DNA of 58,117 nucleotides, taken from an uncultured Gammaproteobacteria bacterium (lineage in GTDB: Bacteria > Patescibacteriota > Microgenomatia > CAYGWK01). Each line of letters begins with the position of its first letter. Position 1 is the stretch's first letter. The stretch covers positions 1 to 58,117 of the forward strand of contig CAZAPL010000006.1 of NCBI GenBank assembly GCA_964487495.1, written 5' to 3'. This document shows positions 16,380 through 25,590 of this stretch, piece by piece. The notes under the pieces are model-generated. The model ran no database searches and was not told the origin of the DNA. It saw only the letters and a program-made list of their open reading frames with translations. Made by a program: the position numbers and the translations under genes.

Positions 16380-18203
16380 TTAGAGAGTAGAAAGAAGGTA
16401 TTCAACGTCTTCTTTAAGGAGAAGGTAGGCCTTTGGTTTTATAAAACCTTTTTTGAAGTAAATTTCAAGTTCGCGCAAAAAATCCTTAAGAATTATTTTT
16501 GTCTCATTAATTTTACCTTTGTTTTTAAGTTTTTCTGCTCGATTAATCTTTGTAAGCAGAACTTTTGCAATTCCTATTTTAGTTATCATTCCGCTTTTTT
16601 GACTTTCCAAAATATCTTGTTTTGTTCTTGAAAAAGTTGAGGTTCTTTGGATATTTTCACTTTCTCCTCCTTCTTTTTCAATTAGACTGAAGGTAGCCGG
16701 GTTATTTGGATTGGTAAAGCCGAAGAAAGATTTTGCAGTTGGATTAGCCTCTTGGTCGTAAGAGTAGATGTCAAGATTGAAAGAGGCGCTGGTTGAGGCG
16801 GTAACAGAAATAGCATATTCTCCTTCAGGTGGTTGATTATAGTTTAAAATATTAATTCCCTTTCCTCCAATTTCGCCACTAATATCATCAGTCAAAGGTC
16901 CTTCAAAATAAAATTCTCCTTGAGAATTGCCGTTTCGATCGGTTAAGGTTAAATTGACATGAGGATCAACTACAAAAAGGAGGGCAGAAAGATTGGTAGA
17001 AGTAGGAAGCAATCGTCGCATGGAGATAAAGTCGTTATTGTAGGCTTCAAGAGTGGTTTTTTCGCTCCAGGCTGGATCGTTGATTAAATAAGAACCATTG
17101 GTTTTGCCGGTTGAGACAATAAAATGTCCTGGTACTTCAAGGATTGGAGGATGATTGTTTACCAGATCGTTATCAAGGAGAGAGAAATCTTTGCCACTTC
17201 GGCGGAATTCAAGAATAGGTGAGCTAATTTCTTCATGCATAATTTTTGATAACCTAGTTAAGGCATACCAATTTAAATGTCCTTCTCTAAGATAACCATC
17301 AGTTTGGTTTTTTAGCCAATTATTTAAAGAGCCTGGATTAAGATTTTCTCCGCCAGGAATTTTATTGATTCCGTAATAAAGAAGAGTCATTGCTCCCGAG
17401 GTTAAAGCACATCCCCAACGAGAGATTGTTGGCTGGGTTGGTGCCCATAAGGAGGCTTGATTATATTCCTCTGATCCCCATGGTTCTATTTTTTGGTTTA
17501 AGTAGGGGACAAGGAGAGGGGGGATTGGGGTTATCGTCGGCGTTGGTTCACAAGGTTCGGAATCACAAACAATAACATTGTCAAACCAAACAGACGAGAG
17601 GATGGCACCTGACGAAACATACAAAGCAATTTTGCCGTTTGGGAGAGGATTGTTCCACATTACGTAGTCTTTTACTATAGGAATGTCATTTGCATAAAAA
17701 GAAACAGAATTCCCTTTTACTACTATTTTTAAATTGTAAATAATATTATTTTCAAAGGAAAAGTTAGCTACGCCTACGTCTGAGTAATTGCCGTTTATTC
17801 TCATACCAAAATAAACACTATTCCCAGCCATATGAAACCCGTACCAATTATTTATGTCTTGGTATCTAAAAACTATATTTTTATCGACACCAACCTTTCC
17901 TAGCATTTGTACTTTATAAACGTAGTTTGTCCATGAAATATCGCCATTGCTAGAAAAGGTTCGCATATCGCCGTAATTAAGGGTTATTCCGTATCTGTTC
18001 TCCGAGTCTACTAGCCACTTGGAATCTTGCCATACCGGATCATTTGGGTCTGATGGTGTCCAATATTCAACGGTCCATCCATCAGCGTTTCCATCATTGA
18101 AGTCATCTTGGAAAAGGACCGATGCTAATGCTATTTCAGGAAACGCAAACAAAGAAGAAATAAAAGTAGAAATAAAAAAGATGAGGATGGATAGTTTCTT
18201 CAT
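16380..18203 (-). CDS. Secreted multidomain protein: signal peptide, LamG/concanavalin-like domain, Pro/Thr linker, peptidase C39-like cysteine-peptidase domain, beta-rich domain, helical tail
   Basis: MKKLSILIFFISTFISSLFAFPEIALA signal peptide; FQDDFNDGNADGW...WFDNVIV jelly-roll pattern; EPTPTITPIPP linker; RWGCALTSGAMTLLYYG (Cys), PGHFIVSTG (His) and INDP (Asp). The ORF extends to 18242, but the promoter geometry and signal peptide favour ATG 18203. Confidence 0.6.
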   Translation of the reverse strand: MKKLSILIFFISTFISSLFAFPEIALASVLFQDDFNDGNADGWTVEYWTPSDPNDPVWQDSKWLVDSENRYGITLNYGDMRTFSSNGDISWTNYVYKVQMLGKVGVDKNIVFRYQDINNWYGFHMAGNSVYFGMRINGNYSDVGVANFSFENNIIYNLKIVVKGNSVSFYANDIPIVKDYVMWNNPLPNGKIALYVSSGAILSSVWFDNVIVCDSEPCEPTPTITPIPPLLVPYLNQKIEPWGSEEYNQASLWAPTQPTISRWGCALTSGAMTLLYYGINKIPGGENLNPGSLNNWLKNQTDGYLREGHLNWYALTRLSKIMHEEISSPILEFRRSGKDFSLLDNDLVNNHPPILEVPGHFIVSTGKTNGSYLINDPAWSEKTTLEAYNNDFISMRRLLPTSTNLSALLFVVDPHVNLTLTDRNGNSQGEFYFEGPLTDDISGEIGGKGINILNYNQPPEGEYAISVTASTSASFNLDIYSYDQEANPTAKSFFGFTNPNNPATFSLIEKEGGESENIQRTSTFSRTKQDILESQKSGMITKIGIAKVLLTKINRAEKLKNKGKINETKIILKDFLRELEIYFKKGFIKPKAYLLLKEDVEYLLSTL

Positions 18204-18213
18204 CTTATTTTTG

Positions 18214-18264
18214 AAAGTAAACAATAAAAAATGGTTTGTCAAGGGGGAATTTTGATGGTAAGAT
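18214..18264. promoter_or_regulatory. Back-to-back divergent promoters sharing one -35 region
   Basis: Plus strand: TTGTCA (18236-18241)-17-TAAGAT (18259-18264), then an AGAGG Shine-Dalgarno and ATG 18278. Minus strand: TTGACA (18242-18237)-17-TACTTT (18219-18214), then 10 nt to ATG 18203. Confidence 0.4.
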
Positions 18265-18277
18265 TATAGAGGTAATT

Positions 18278-19039
18278 ATGAAAAGGAATCTATCACTTAT
18301 TTACGAGAAGTTTTACAAAGGAATCAAATTGCAAAAAAGAATTATTGGAAGGAAAAATTTTACCTATCGCTTAATTTTGGATGTCTTAGAACCTAATCTG
18401 ACAAAAGGGAAACAAGTTTTAGATATAGGATGTGGGGCTGGAACTTTAAGTTTTTATATTGCAAGTAAAGGATGTTATGTAAATGGAATTGATATTTCCC
18501 TTAAAGCTATTGAAGCATGTAGGCTCAACGCAAAAAAATTGAATGTAGAAAAAAATACTAAATTCCAAGCAGCAGAATTTTTAGAGGTTGAAATAAATCG
18601 GAAATTCGATTTAATATTGTGTAATGAAGTATTAGAGCATCTAATTAATGACAATCTTGCTATTGAAAAAATATTTAGTAGCTTAAAAATTGGTGGCATA
18701 GCGATAATTACTGTCCCCTTACAAAATGCGCCACTTTTTCGGTGGGGTTTTATGAAAAAGTTTGATAGGAGCGTAGGCCATCTAAGGAGGTACAATACTG
18801 ATCAACTAATTAATCTAATAAAAAAGAAAAATTTCGAGATTATAGAGGAGAAAAGAATAGAAGGCGTCTTCAGAAATTTTCTATTTACATCAAGATTTGG
18901 GGGTCAGATTGTTCGCATTGCAAATAGATTTGCAATAGTTTCTGATTTTTTAACTTTCCTTGACAATATAACATTAAAACTCTTTGGAGAATCGCAGATT
19001 ATAGTGGTGGCGCAAAAGCCAAGAAAGGAGAGGAAATGA
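18278..19039 (+). CDS. Class I SAM-dependent methyltransferase
   Basis: VLDIGCGAGTLS motif I and LILCNEVLEHL. The ORF opens at 18236; ATG 18278 has a Shine-Dalgarno. Confidence 0.75.
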   Translation: MKRNLSLIYEKFYKGIKLQKRIIGRKNFTYRLILDVLEPNLTKGKQVLDIGCGAGTLSFYIASKGCYVNGIDISLKAIEACRLNAKKLNVEKNTKFQAAEFLEVEINRKFDLILCNEVLEHLINDNLAIEKIFSSLKIGGIAIITVPLQNAPLFRWGFMKKFDRSVGHLRRYNTDQLINLIKKKNFEIIEEKRIEGVFRNFLFTSRFGGQIVRIANRFAIVSDFLTFLDNITLKLFGESQIIVVAQKPRKERK

Positions 19040-20124
19040 AAGTTGGGTTTGATGGACGATATGCTGAGGGAGACCTGGTTGGCGTAGGGAAGTATATTGC
19101 TAATTTAGTTGGGCAGCTGGTAAAAAAGAATATCAAGTGCGTGATTTTTTACTCTAAAGAGCCGAAATATCCAATTTTTGGTAAGAATATTTCCCAAAAA
19201 ATTCTTAATTCAGAAAACCGTTATCTTTTTGAGCAAATAAAATTACCTTTGGCTTTAAAAAAAGAAAAAGTCGATATTTATCATGCTTTGGGGAATTTGG
19301 GGGTGCCTTTACTTTGCCCAGTTCCTGCGATATTAACAGTTCACGATATTATCCCCCTTTTAATTAAAAACTACTTTAATTATTCAAAATTACCATTCAT
19401 TACGAAATTTTCTTATCTTTTTCGCCTTAAAACGTCAATTTTTAGGGCCCGTCGAGTTATTGTTGATTCCGAATTTACTAAAAAAACTTTAGTGGAAAAC
19501 CTTGGGGTAAAGCCAATTAAAATTAAAGTAATTTATCTGGGTGCTCCCAGGGTAATTTTGAAAACAAAAAAATTGATTTTTGATTTAGAGCCAGGAAGAT
19601 ACGTTCTTAACCATGGGGGTATTGATATTAGGAAAAATTTAGATCGCCTAATTAGAGCATTTGCTAAAGTAGTTTCCCAATATCCAAACTTAAAATTAGT
19701 TATTACCGGTGAAAATAAAACAATGAGATCGGAATTGGATAAAATCGTTAAGGATTTAGGATTGGAGAATTTAGTTGTTTTCCCAGGATATGTTAAAGAA
19801 GAGATTCTTGAGTCTTTAATAAAAAACGCTTCTTGTATTTGTTTCCCCTCTCTTATTGAAGGTTTTGGAATGCCAGTTTTGGAGGGTTTTGCTTTTGGGG
19901 TGCCAGTTATTACTTCAAGTACTTCAAGTCTTTCGGAAATTGCCAATGGAGCCGCCTTTTTAGTTAATCCGGAGAATGAAGAAGAAATTGCTCTAGCAAT
20001 ATTAAAAGTAGTTAGAGAAAAAAAGACGAGAGAGGAATTAATAAAAAAGGGAAGAGAAAGAATAAAAGATTTTTCTTGGGAGAAAACAGCTGAGGAAGTA
20101 TTAAAAGTTTACCGGGAGGTTTGA
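19036..20124 (+). CDS. GT4-family (GT-B fold) glycosyltransferase
   Basis: EGFGMPVLEGFAFGVPVITS (the E-x7-E region). ATGA overlap with the upstream gene. Confidence 0.8.
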   Translation: MKVGFDGRYAEGDLVGVGKYIANLVGQLVKKNIKCVIFYSKEPKYPIFGKNISQKILNSENRYLFEQIKLPLALKKEKVDIYHALGNLGVPLLCPVPAILTVHDIIPLLIKNYFNYSKLPFITKFSYLFRLKTSIFRARRVIVDSEFTKKTLVENLGVKPIKIKVIYLGAPRVILKTKKLIFDLEPGRYVLNHGGIDIRKNLDRLIRAFAKVVSQYPNLKLVITGENKTMRSELDKIVKDLGLENLVVFPGYVKEEILESLIKNASCICFPSLIEGFGMPVLEGFAFGVPVITSSTSSLSEIANGAAFLVNPENEEEIALAILKVVREKKTREELIKKGRERIKDFSWEKTAEEVLKVYREV

Positions 20125-20150
20125 ACCTATGCAAACCTCTAAGGTTGGAA

Positions 20151-21110
20151 ATGAAAAATTCTTTAGTGATTACTGTATTAAATGAAGAAAAAACAATTAA
20201 AAAACTTCTAAAATCATTGGAAAATCAAATTAAAAAACCAGATGAGACGATTTTTGTTGATGGGGGTTCTTTGGATAGGACTTTTAAAATAATTGAAAAT
20301 TGGAAAGATAAATTTAAAGATTTAAGAATTAAAGTTTTTCTTAAAAAAAGAGCAACAATTGCTCAGGGGAGAAATTTTGGAGTAAAGAAAGCAAAAGGGG
20401 AAATTATTGTTATGACTGACGCCGGATGCATTCCTCACCGAGACTGGTTTAAGAAAATTACTGATCCGTTTGAGAAAGGGGAGGTTGATATCGTCGCTGG
20501 ATTTTACAGAATGACTGGGAAAACAGTTTTTCAGGAATGTTTGGCCTGTTATTTAGGAATTTTGCCTGAAAAACTTAATCTAAAAAACTTCATGCCTTCG
20601 ACCCGATCAATAGCCTTTAAGAAAGAAATTTGGGAAAGGGTTGGTGGATTTAATGAAAAATTGGAGCGAGCGGGTGAGGATACCCTCTTTAATTATCGAG
20701 CAAAAAGACTAGGAGCAAAATTTATAACCGTCCCCGACGCCTTAGTTGATTGGGAAATGCCCAAAACTTGGCGTGAGGCAATTAAAAAATTTTATATTTA
20801 TGCTAAGGGCGATGGCCAGGTGGGAATTTGGTGGGATCCATCTAAAAAAATTACTACTCATAATCTTAAAATTAACACTATTTATTTAAGATACTTTTTA
20901 GGGGCATTATTTTTTTTGGGTGGATTTTTTTTGAAATTTTTTTGGCTTCTTCTTTTTTTTGCTTTTTTAAATTATCTTTTGTGGGCAGTTTTTAAGAATT
21001 ATAATTATGTAAGAAAAATTTTGGCTATTTTTTATCTACCGGCGATTCAGATAGTTTCTGATTTTTCGGTTATGACTGGTTTTTTGGCGGGTTTAAGAAA
21101 AAGAATATGA
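20151..21110 (+). CDS. GT2-family glycosyltransferase with C-terminal transmembrane segments
   Basis: VITVLNEEKTI, VDGGSLDRT, VMTDAGC. The hydrophobic C-terminus includes FFLGGFFLKFFWLLLFFAFLNYLLWAVF. The ORF opens at 20121 (TTG); ATG 20151 is likelier. Confidence 0.75.
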   Translation: MKNSLVITVLNEEKTIKKLLKSLENQIKKPDETIFVDGGSLDRTFKIIENWKDKFKDLRIKVFLKKRATIAQGRNFGVKKAKGEIIVMTDAGCIPHRDWFKKITDPFEKGEVDIVAGFYRMTGKTVFQECLACYLGILPEKLNLKNFMPSTRSIAFKKEIWERVGGFNEKLERAGEDTLFNYRAKRLGAKFITVPDALVDWEMPKTWREAIKKFYIYAKGDGQVGIWWDPSKKITTHNLKINTIYLRYFLGALFFLGGFFLKFFWLLLFFAFLNYLLWAVFKNYNYVRKILAIFYLPAIQIVSDFSVMTGFLAGLRKRI

Positions 21111-21976
21111 TTTCTGCTGTTGTTTTGACTAAAAACGAAGAAAAAAATATTAAAGAATGTTTAGAAACACTTCAGTGGTGCGATGAGATAATTGTGGTTG
21201 ATGATAATTCTGAGGATAAAACGGTGGAGATAGCCAAAAAGATGAGGGCGAAAGTTTTCATTCGGTCGTTGGGAAGAGATTTCTCAAACCAGAGGAATTT
21301 TGGATTGGAGAAGGCAAAGGGAGATTGGGTTTTATTTGTTGATGCTGATGAACGTGTATCGCTAGAACTTCAAAAAGAAATCGAGTCAGTTCTGAAGAAC
21401 GGAAAGTCAACGGTTAGCGGTTATTTATTGAAAAGAGAAGATAGAATTTGGGGGCAATCTTTAAAGTATGGTGAAACAGCCGGAATTAGATTGATTCGGT
21501 TAGGCAAAAAGGGTAAAGGAAAATGGGAAAAACCTGTCCATGAAACTTGGAATATTAAAGGGGAAGTTGGAGAACTTAAGTCTCCGTTGTTTCACTTCCC
21601 CCATCCAACCATAACTGAATTTTTAGAAGAAATTAATTTCTATTCTACGCTTCGGGCTCGACAACTTTACCAGGAGAATAGAAAAACTAATTTATTTGAA
21701 ATTTTGGCCTATCCAACGGGGAAATTTTTGAAAAATTATCTTTTAAAGCTTGGATTTTTAGATGGAATGCCAGGATTTGTAGTTGCTTTATTAATGAGTT
21801 TTCATTCCTTTTTGGTTAGGGCAAAACTTTATTTACTTTGGAAAAATAAAAAAATAGAAGGAAAAAACTCCCAACGCCAATTTTTAAGTATTAAATATTT
21901 GCTTTTTTTTGCCTGGGCTGGATTTGTGTTGATTAAGTACATTTTGATGTTAGGAAAAAGAGGAGGAGTATGGTAG
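21107..21976 (+). CDS. GT2-family glycosyltransferase
   Basis: SAVVLTKNEEKNI, VVDDNSEDKT, FVDADE (DxD), GFLDGMPGF. ATGA overlap with the upstream gene. Confidence 0.8.
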   Translation: MISAVVLTKNEEKNIKECLETLQWCDEIIVVDDNSEDKTVEIAKKMRAKVFIRSLGRDFSNQRNFGLEKAKGDWVLFVDADERVSLELQKEIESVLKNGKSTVSGYLLKREDRIWGQSLKYGETAGIRLIRLGKKGKGKWEKPVHETWNIKGEVGELKSPLFHFPHPTITEFLEEINFYSTLRARQLYQENRKTNLFEILAYPTGKFLKNYLLKLGFLDGMPGFVVALLMSFHSFLVRAKLYLLWKNKKIEGKNSQRQFLSIKYLLFFAWAGFVLIKYILMLGKRGGVW

Positions 21977-23568
21977 TTTTAGCTATAATTTCTGGGATTT
22001 ATTCTTATTTAATTTTATCTTTGGGGCTTTTAGGTTGGCTATATCGTTTGCCGGTATTTATTGTTTCTATCCCTTTTTTGATTTTTGGTGCTGCCTGGAT
22101 TAAAAAAGATTGGCACTTCAATTATTTAAAGTGGATAACAGAAATAAGAAAAGATAAATTTTTATTAATTTTATTAGGAATTTTGATAATTCAGGTTATT
22201 ATTAATTTTCTTGGTGCCATTTCTCCAGAACTTTCTTTTGACGCTCTTTGGTATCATTTAACTCCACCGAAACTTTATGTTCAAAATCATCAGATTTTTC
22301 ATATTCCTGGTTGGCTTCTTTCGGTTTCGACTTTACCGCGATTGACAGAGATGTTTTATACCGTCGCTCTACTTTTTTCTAATGAGATTTTGGCAAAAAT
22401 TATCCATTTTGCTTTCGGAATTTTTGTAGCAATAGCTTTGTTTAATTTATTGAAGCGTTATTTGCCTTTGAGAACTTCTCTTTTGGGAGTGGTAACTTTT
22501 TACACAATGTTAATTATTGGTTGGCAATCAACCACTGCTTATGTAGATTTAACAAGAACTTTCTTTGAAATTTTGGCCCTCGATTTATTTCTAAAATGGA
22601 TCGAAACAGAAAAAGAAATTTTTCTTTGGGAAGCGGGGATTTTAACTGGTTTAGCAATTTCCACTAAGATTTTGGCTTTTGGGACGCTTTTTGCCTTTTT
22701 GTTTCTAATTTTAATTTTGAGAGGAAAAAAATCGTTTTGGCAAATATCGAAATTCATCTTTTTGGCGGTTTTAGTCGCTTCGCCTTGGTTTACCCTTTCT
22801 TTTATAAATACTGGAAATCCTTTATTCCCTCTTTTTGGGAGTTTCCGAGAACCAAGCATCTCGATTGAAGGTCCAAGTTTTTCCTGGATTAGTAAAAATA
22901 TTGGTAAACTTCCCTTGCTTCTTTGGAATGCCACTATTCACCCTGATGATATTATTTCGCCAGTTTTTTTAATTTTTCTACCTTTGGTTTTAGTTTTCCT
23001 TTGGAAGCAAAAATTGTCAATTAAAATTAGCGGTTTATATTTCCTTTTGGGAGTCTTTTTTGCTCCTACTACCTCCAATCGTTATCTTCTTCCTTATCTT
23101 CCCGCCTTAATTCTTTTAATATTTGTCGTTTTAGAGGGTTTTTTTAGAGGAAATAAAAATTTAGAGAAAATTTTTTTGGGAATTATAATTTTTTCTGCCA
23201 TTTTAAACACCGGAAGTAGAGGATTAGCCACGAGAAAGTTTTTACCCTATCTTTTAGGTAAAGAGACAAAAAAAGAATTTTTAACTAAAAATCTTAATTT
23301 TTCTTTCGGAGATTTTTATGATGTTGATGGTTTTTTTGCCGAAAACATCAAAGATGGAGATTTAGTTTTAATTTATAATATTCATAATCTTTATTATGTT
23401 GATTTTCCCTTTGTTCATGAGTCTTGGGCAAAACCCGGAACTTATTTTACCCATATTTTAGTAGGAGAAGGAAGAGATTTGCCGGAGAAATTTGGTGAAA
23501 AACTTCTTCTTTATCAAAATTCAAAAACTAAAGTTAAACTCTATCTTTTTGCTGACAAGTACAAATGA
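21970..23568 (+). CDS. Polytopic GT-C-fold (ArnT/PMT-like) membrane glycosyltransferase, tentative
   Basis: 532 aa with at least 10 hydrophobic segments. An acidic/aromatic first outside loop (SFDALWYHLTPPKLY) and a ~100-aa soluble C-terminal domain. Confidence 0.55.
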   Translation: MVVLAIISGIYSYLILSLGLLGWLYRLPVFIVSIPFLIFGAAWIKKDWHFNYLKWITEIRKDKFLLILLGILIIQVIINFLGAISPELSFDALWYHLTPPKLYVQNHQIFHIPGWLLSVSTLPRLTEMFYTVALLFSNEILAKIIHFAFGIFVAIALFNLLKRYLPLRTSLLGVVTFYTMLIIGWQSTTAYVDLTRTFFEILALDLFLKWIETEKEIFLWEAGILTGLAISTKILAFGTLFAFLFLILILRGKKSFWQISKFIFLAVLVASPWFTLSFINTGNPLFPLFGSFREPSISIEGPSFSWISKNIGKLPLLLWNATIHPDDIISPVFLIFLPLVLVFLWKQKLSIKISGLYFLLGVFFAPTTSNRYLLPYLPALILLIFVVLEGFFRGNKNLEKIFLGIIIFSAILNTGSRGLATRKFLPYLLGKETKKEFLTKNLNFSFGDFYDVDGFFAENIKDGDLVLIYNIHNLYYVDFPFVHESWAKPGTYFTHILVGEGRDLPEKFGEKLLLYQNSKTKVKLYLFADKYK

Positions 23569-24797
23569 AAAAAATTATCTTTTGGCTATTTTTTGTTTAT
23601 TTCCTTTTATTTCCATTGGGACAATTAATAAGGATTCCTCCTCAATCTACAGAAGTTTCCGAAGTTCATTTTTATCTAACCGATGTAGCAGTCGCCACTA
23701 TCGTTGTTTTTTGGTTTTTGGGGAAGTGGCTTTCAAAAAGTAGATTTTCTTTTCCGCCGTTGACCTGGCCAATTTTTCTATTTATTGCCTGTTGTTTTTG
23801 GTCTTTATTTTACAACTCTTTCCTATTGTCCGATAGGGAAGTGGCGATAGCCGGGTTGTATTTAATCAGATGGGTGGTTTATGCGGGGATTTATTTTGTG
23901 GTTTATGACTTGATTTATAATTCAAAACTAAAGATTTCGAATTTTAAATTGCAAATTGCAAAATGGCTAATTATTAGCGGCACAGTATCTGCTATTTTGG
24001 GTTTACTTCAGTATATTTTTATTCCTGATACGCGGTTTTTGGAAAAATACGGTTGGGATCCTCATTTATACCGTTTAATTGGAGCATTTTTTGACCCAGG
24101 TTTTTTAGGATTAATTTTAGTTTTAACTTTGATTTTGCTTATTTTAGAGATTTGGCCCTCAAAAAAAAATCCTTTTTGGAAAACAATAATTAAAGATAAA
24201 AAGAAAGTATTTCTGATTGTCATTTCTTATGTTGCTTTGGCGCTAACTTATTCAAGGGCTTCCTATCTTTCTTATCTTCTTTCTATGGCTTTTATTTCTT
24301 TTTTTAAAAAATCCCCAAAGTTTTTTCTGGCCGTTTTATTTATTTTTATTTTGACGGTTTTTTCTCTTCCTCGTCCTGAAGGTGAAGGGGTGAGGTTAGA
24401 AAGGGAAAGTACGATAAAGTATCGAATCATGAATTGGCAACAGTCTATTTTTATATTTAGCAAAAATCCAATTTTTGGAGTTGGTTTCAATGCTTATCGT
24501 TTTGCCCAAAGAAGATATGGTTTTTTAAATGAAGAAATTTGGCTTTTTACTCATGCTGGAGCAGGAGCTGATTCCAGTCTTTTGCTTATTTTAGCAACTA
24601 CCGGGTTAGTGGGTTTTTCTTCTTATCTTTGGCTTATTAAAAAAATTTTAGAGATTGGAGATTTAAAAACTATTGTTAGTTTTTTGGCTATCTTGGTTCA
24701 TTCAACTTTTGTTAATTCTCTTCTTTATCCTTGGATTATGGCGTGGATGTGGATTCTTTTGGGAATTGGTAACTCTAAGGAGAAAAGACAACTTTAA
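23565..24797 (+). CDS. O-antigen ligase / Wzy_C-like polytopic membrane protein
   Basis: 410 aa, multi-TM, with a large loop carrying RPEGEGVRLERE...RIMNWQQS and THAGAGADSSLLLILATTGLVGF, which resembles the Wzy_C signature region. ATGA overlap with the upstream gene. Confidence 0.6.
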   Translation: MKKIIFWLFFVYFLLFPLGQLIRIPPQSTEVSEVHFYLTDVAVATIVVFWFLGKWLSKSRFSFPPLTWPIFLFIACCFWSLFYNSFLLSDREVAIAGLYLIRWVVYAGIYFVVYDLIYNSKLKISNFKLQIAKWLIISGTVSAILGLLQYIFIPDTRFLEKYGWDPHLYRLIGAFFDPGFLGLILVLTLILLILEIWPSKKNPFWKTIIKDKKKVFLIVISYVALALTYSRASYLSYLLSMAFISFFKKSPKFFLAVLFIFILTVFSLPRPEGEGVRLERESTIKYRIMNWQQSIFIFSKNPIFGVGFNAYRFAQRRYGFLNEEIWLFTHAGAGADSSLLLILATTGLVGFSSYLWLIKKILEIGDLKTIVSFLAILVHSTFVNSLLYPWIMAWMWILLGIGNSKEKRQL

Positions 24798-25494
24798 TTT
24801 CTTTCTCGGTTTTATTTTCTGCTTTATCGTAGACAATAAATTTTAAAGTATTCTCGCCGTTTAAAAGACTATAGGTTAATGAAAAATTGCCGTTTTGATC
24901 TAATACTTCTAAGTGGTCATTGATTGTTAAAATTGCCTCTGGTTCAGTTTTCCCCGAGATGGTGATTTTTCTTTGTTTTTCGCCAATAAAGGTTTCTCCA
25001 TCTTTTGGTTTCTCTATCTCCAGAGGAGGAGGATTTTTGTCGTAAATGATAGATGTTTTGGGAGAGGGTTGCCCTATATTTCCTGCCTGGTCAATGGCTA
25101 CTGCATAAATTTCATTTTTTCCTTCCTCCAGAGGAACGCTATCTGCTAGAAATTTTCCCTCCTTTGAGGAAATTACTTTTTTAACTAAGGAATCATTTAT
25201 ATAGATTTCTATCGTTGCTCCTTCTTCAGAAAAACCTGATATGGAAATAATATTTTGGTTGGTGGCCTCAGGTAGGGAGTTAATTTTTGGTGGTGCTGGA
25301 GGTAAAATATCAGTTTTTTCGCCTTGGTTATCTGAATTTTTGATTTCGGAGAAGAAAAAAGCAATTTTAGTTAAAGCGGGGATTCCCAAAAAGATTATTC
25401 CAAATATTAGAAAGGTAGTTAATCCTCCAAAAAGGAATATTTTTCTGAGATTTCTAATTTCTTCTTTTTTTGCTAATCTTGAATAAGAAGGCAT
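24775..25494 (-). CDS. Membrane-anchored protein with two Ig-like (bacterial Ig fold) repeats
   Basis: N-terminal TM segment (IFLFGGLTTFLIFGIIFLGIPAL), then two beta-rich ~80-aa units (ISISGFSEEGATIEIYIND...; ITISGKTEPEAILTINDH...). Confidence 0.5.
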   Translation of the reverse strand: MPSYSRLAKKEEIRNLRKIFLFGGLTTFLIFGIIFLGIPALTKIAFFFSEIKNSDNQGEKTDILPPAPPKINSLPEATNQNIISISGFSEEGATIEIYINDSLVKKVISSKEGKFLADSVPLEEGKNEIYAVAIDQAGNIGQPSPKTSIIYDKNPPPLEIEKPKDGETFIGEKQRKITISGKTEPEAILTINDHLEVLDQNGNFSLTYSLLNGENTLKFIVYDKAENKTEKEIKVVFSP

Positions 25495-25507
25495 TTTTTA
25501 AACCGAG

Positions 25508-25579
25508 AGCCAGGAGTGGGATTCGAACCCACGACCTTGGCTTTACGAAAGCCTTGCTCTACCACTGAGCTATCCTGGC
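25508..25579 (-). tRNA. tRNA-Thr (anticodon CGT)
   Basis: Reverse complement folds as GCCAGGA-TA-GCTC...GAGC, anticodon loop TTCGTAA, T arm GTGGG-TTCGAAT-CCCAC, acceptor TCCTGGC plus T. Confidence 0.9.
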
Positions 25580-25590
25580 TTAAGAATTAG

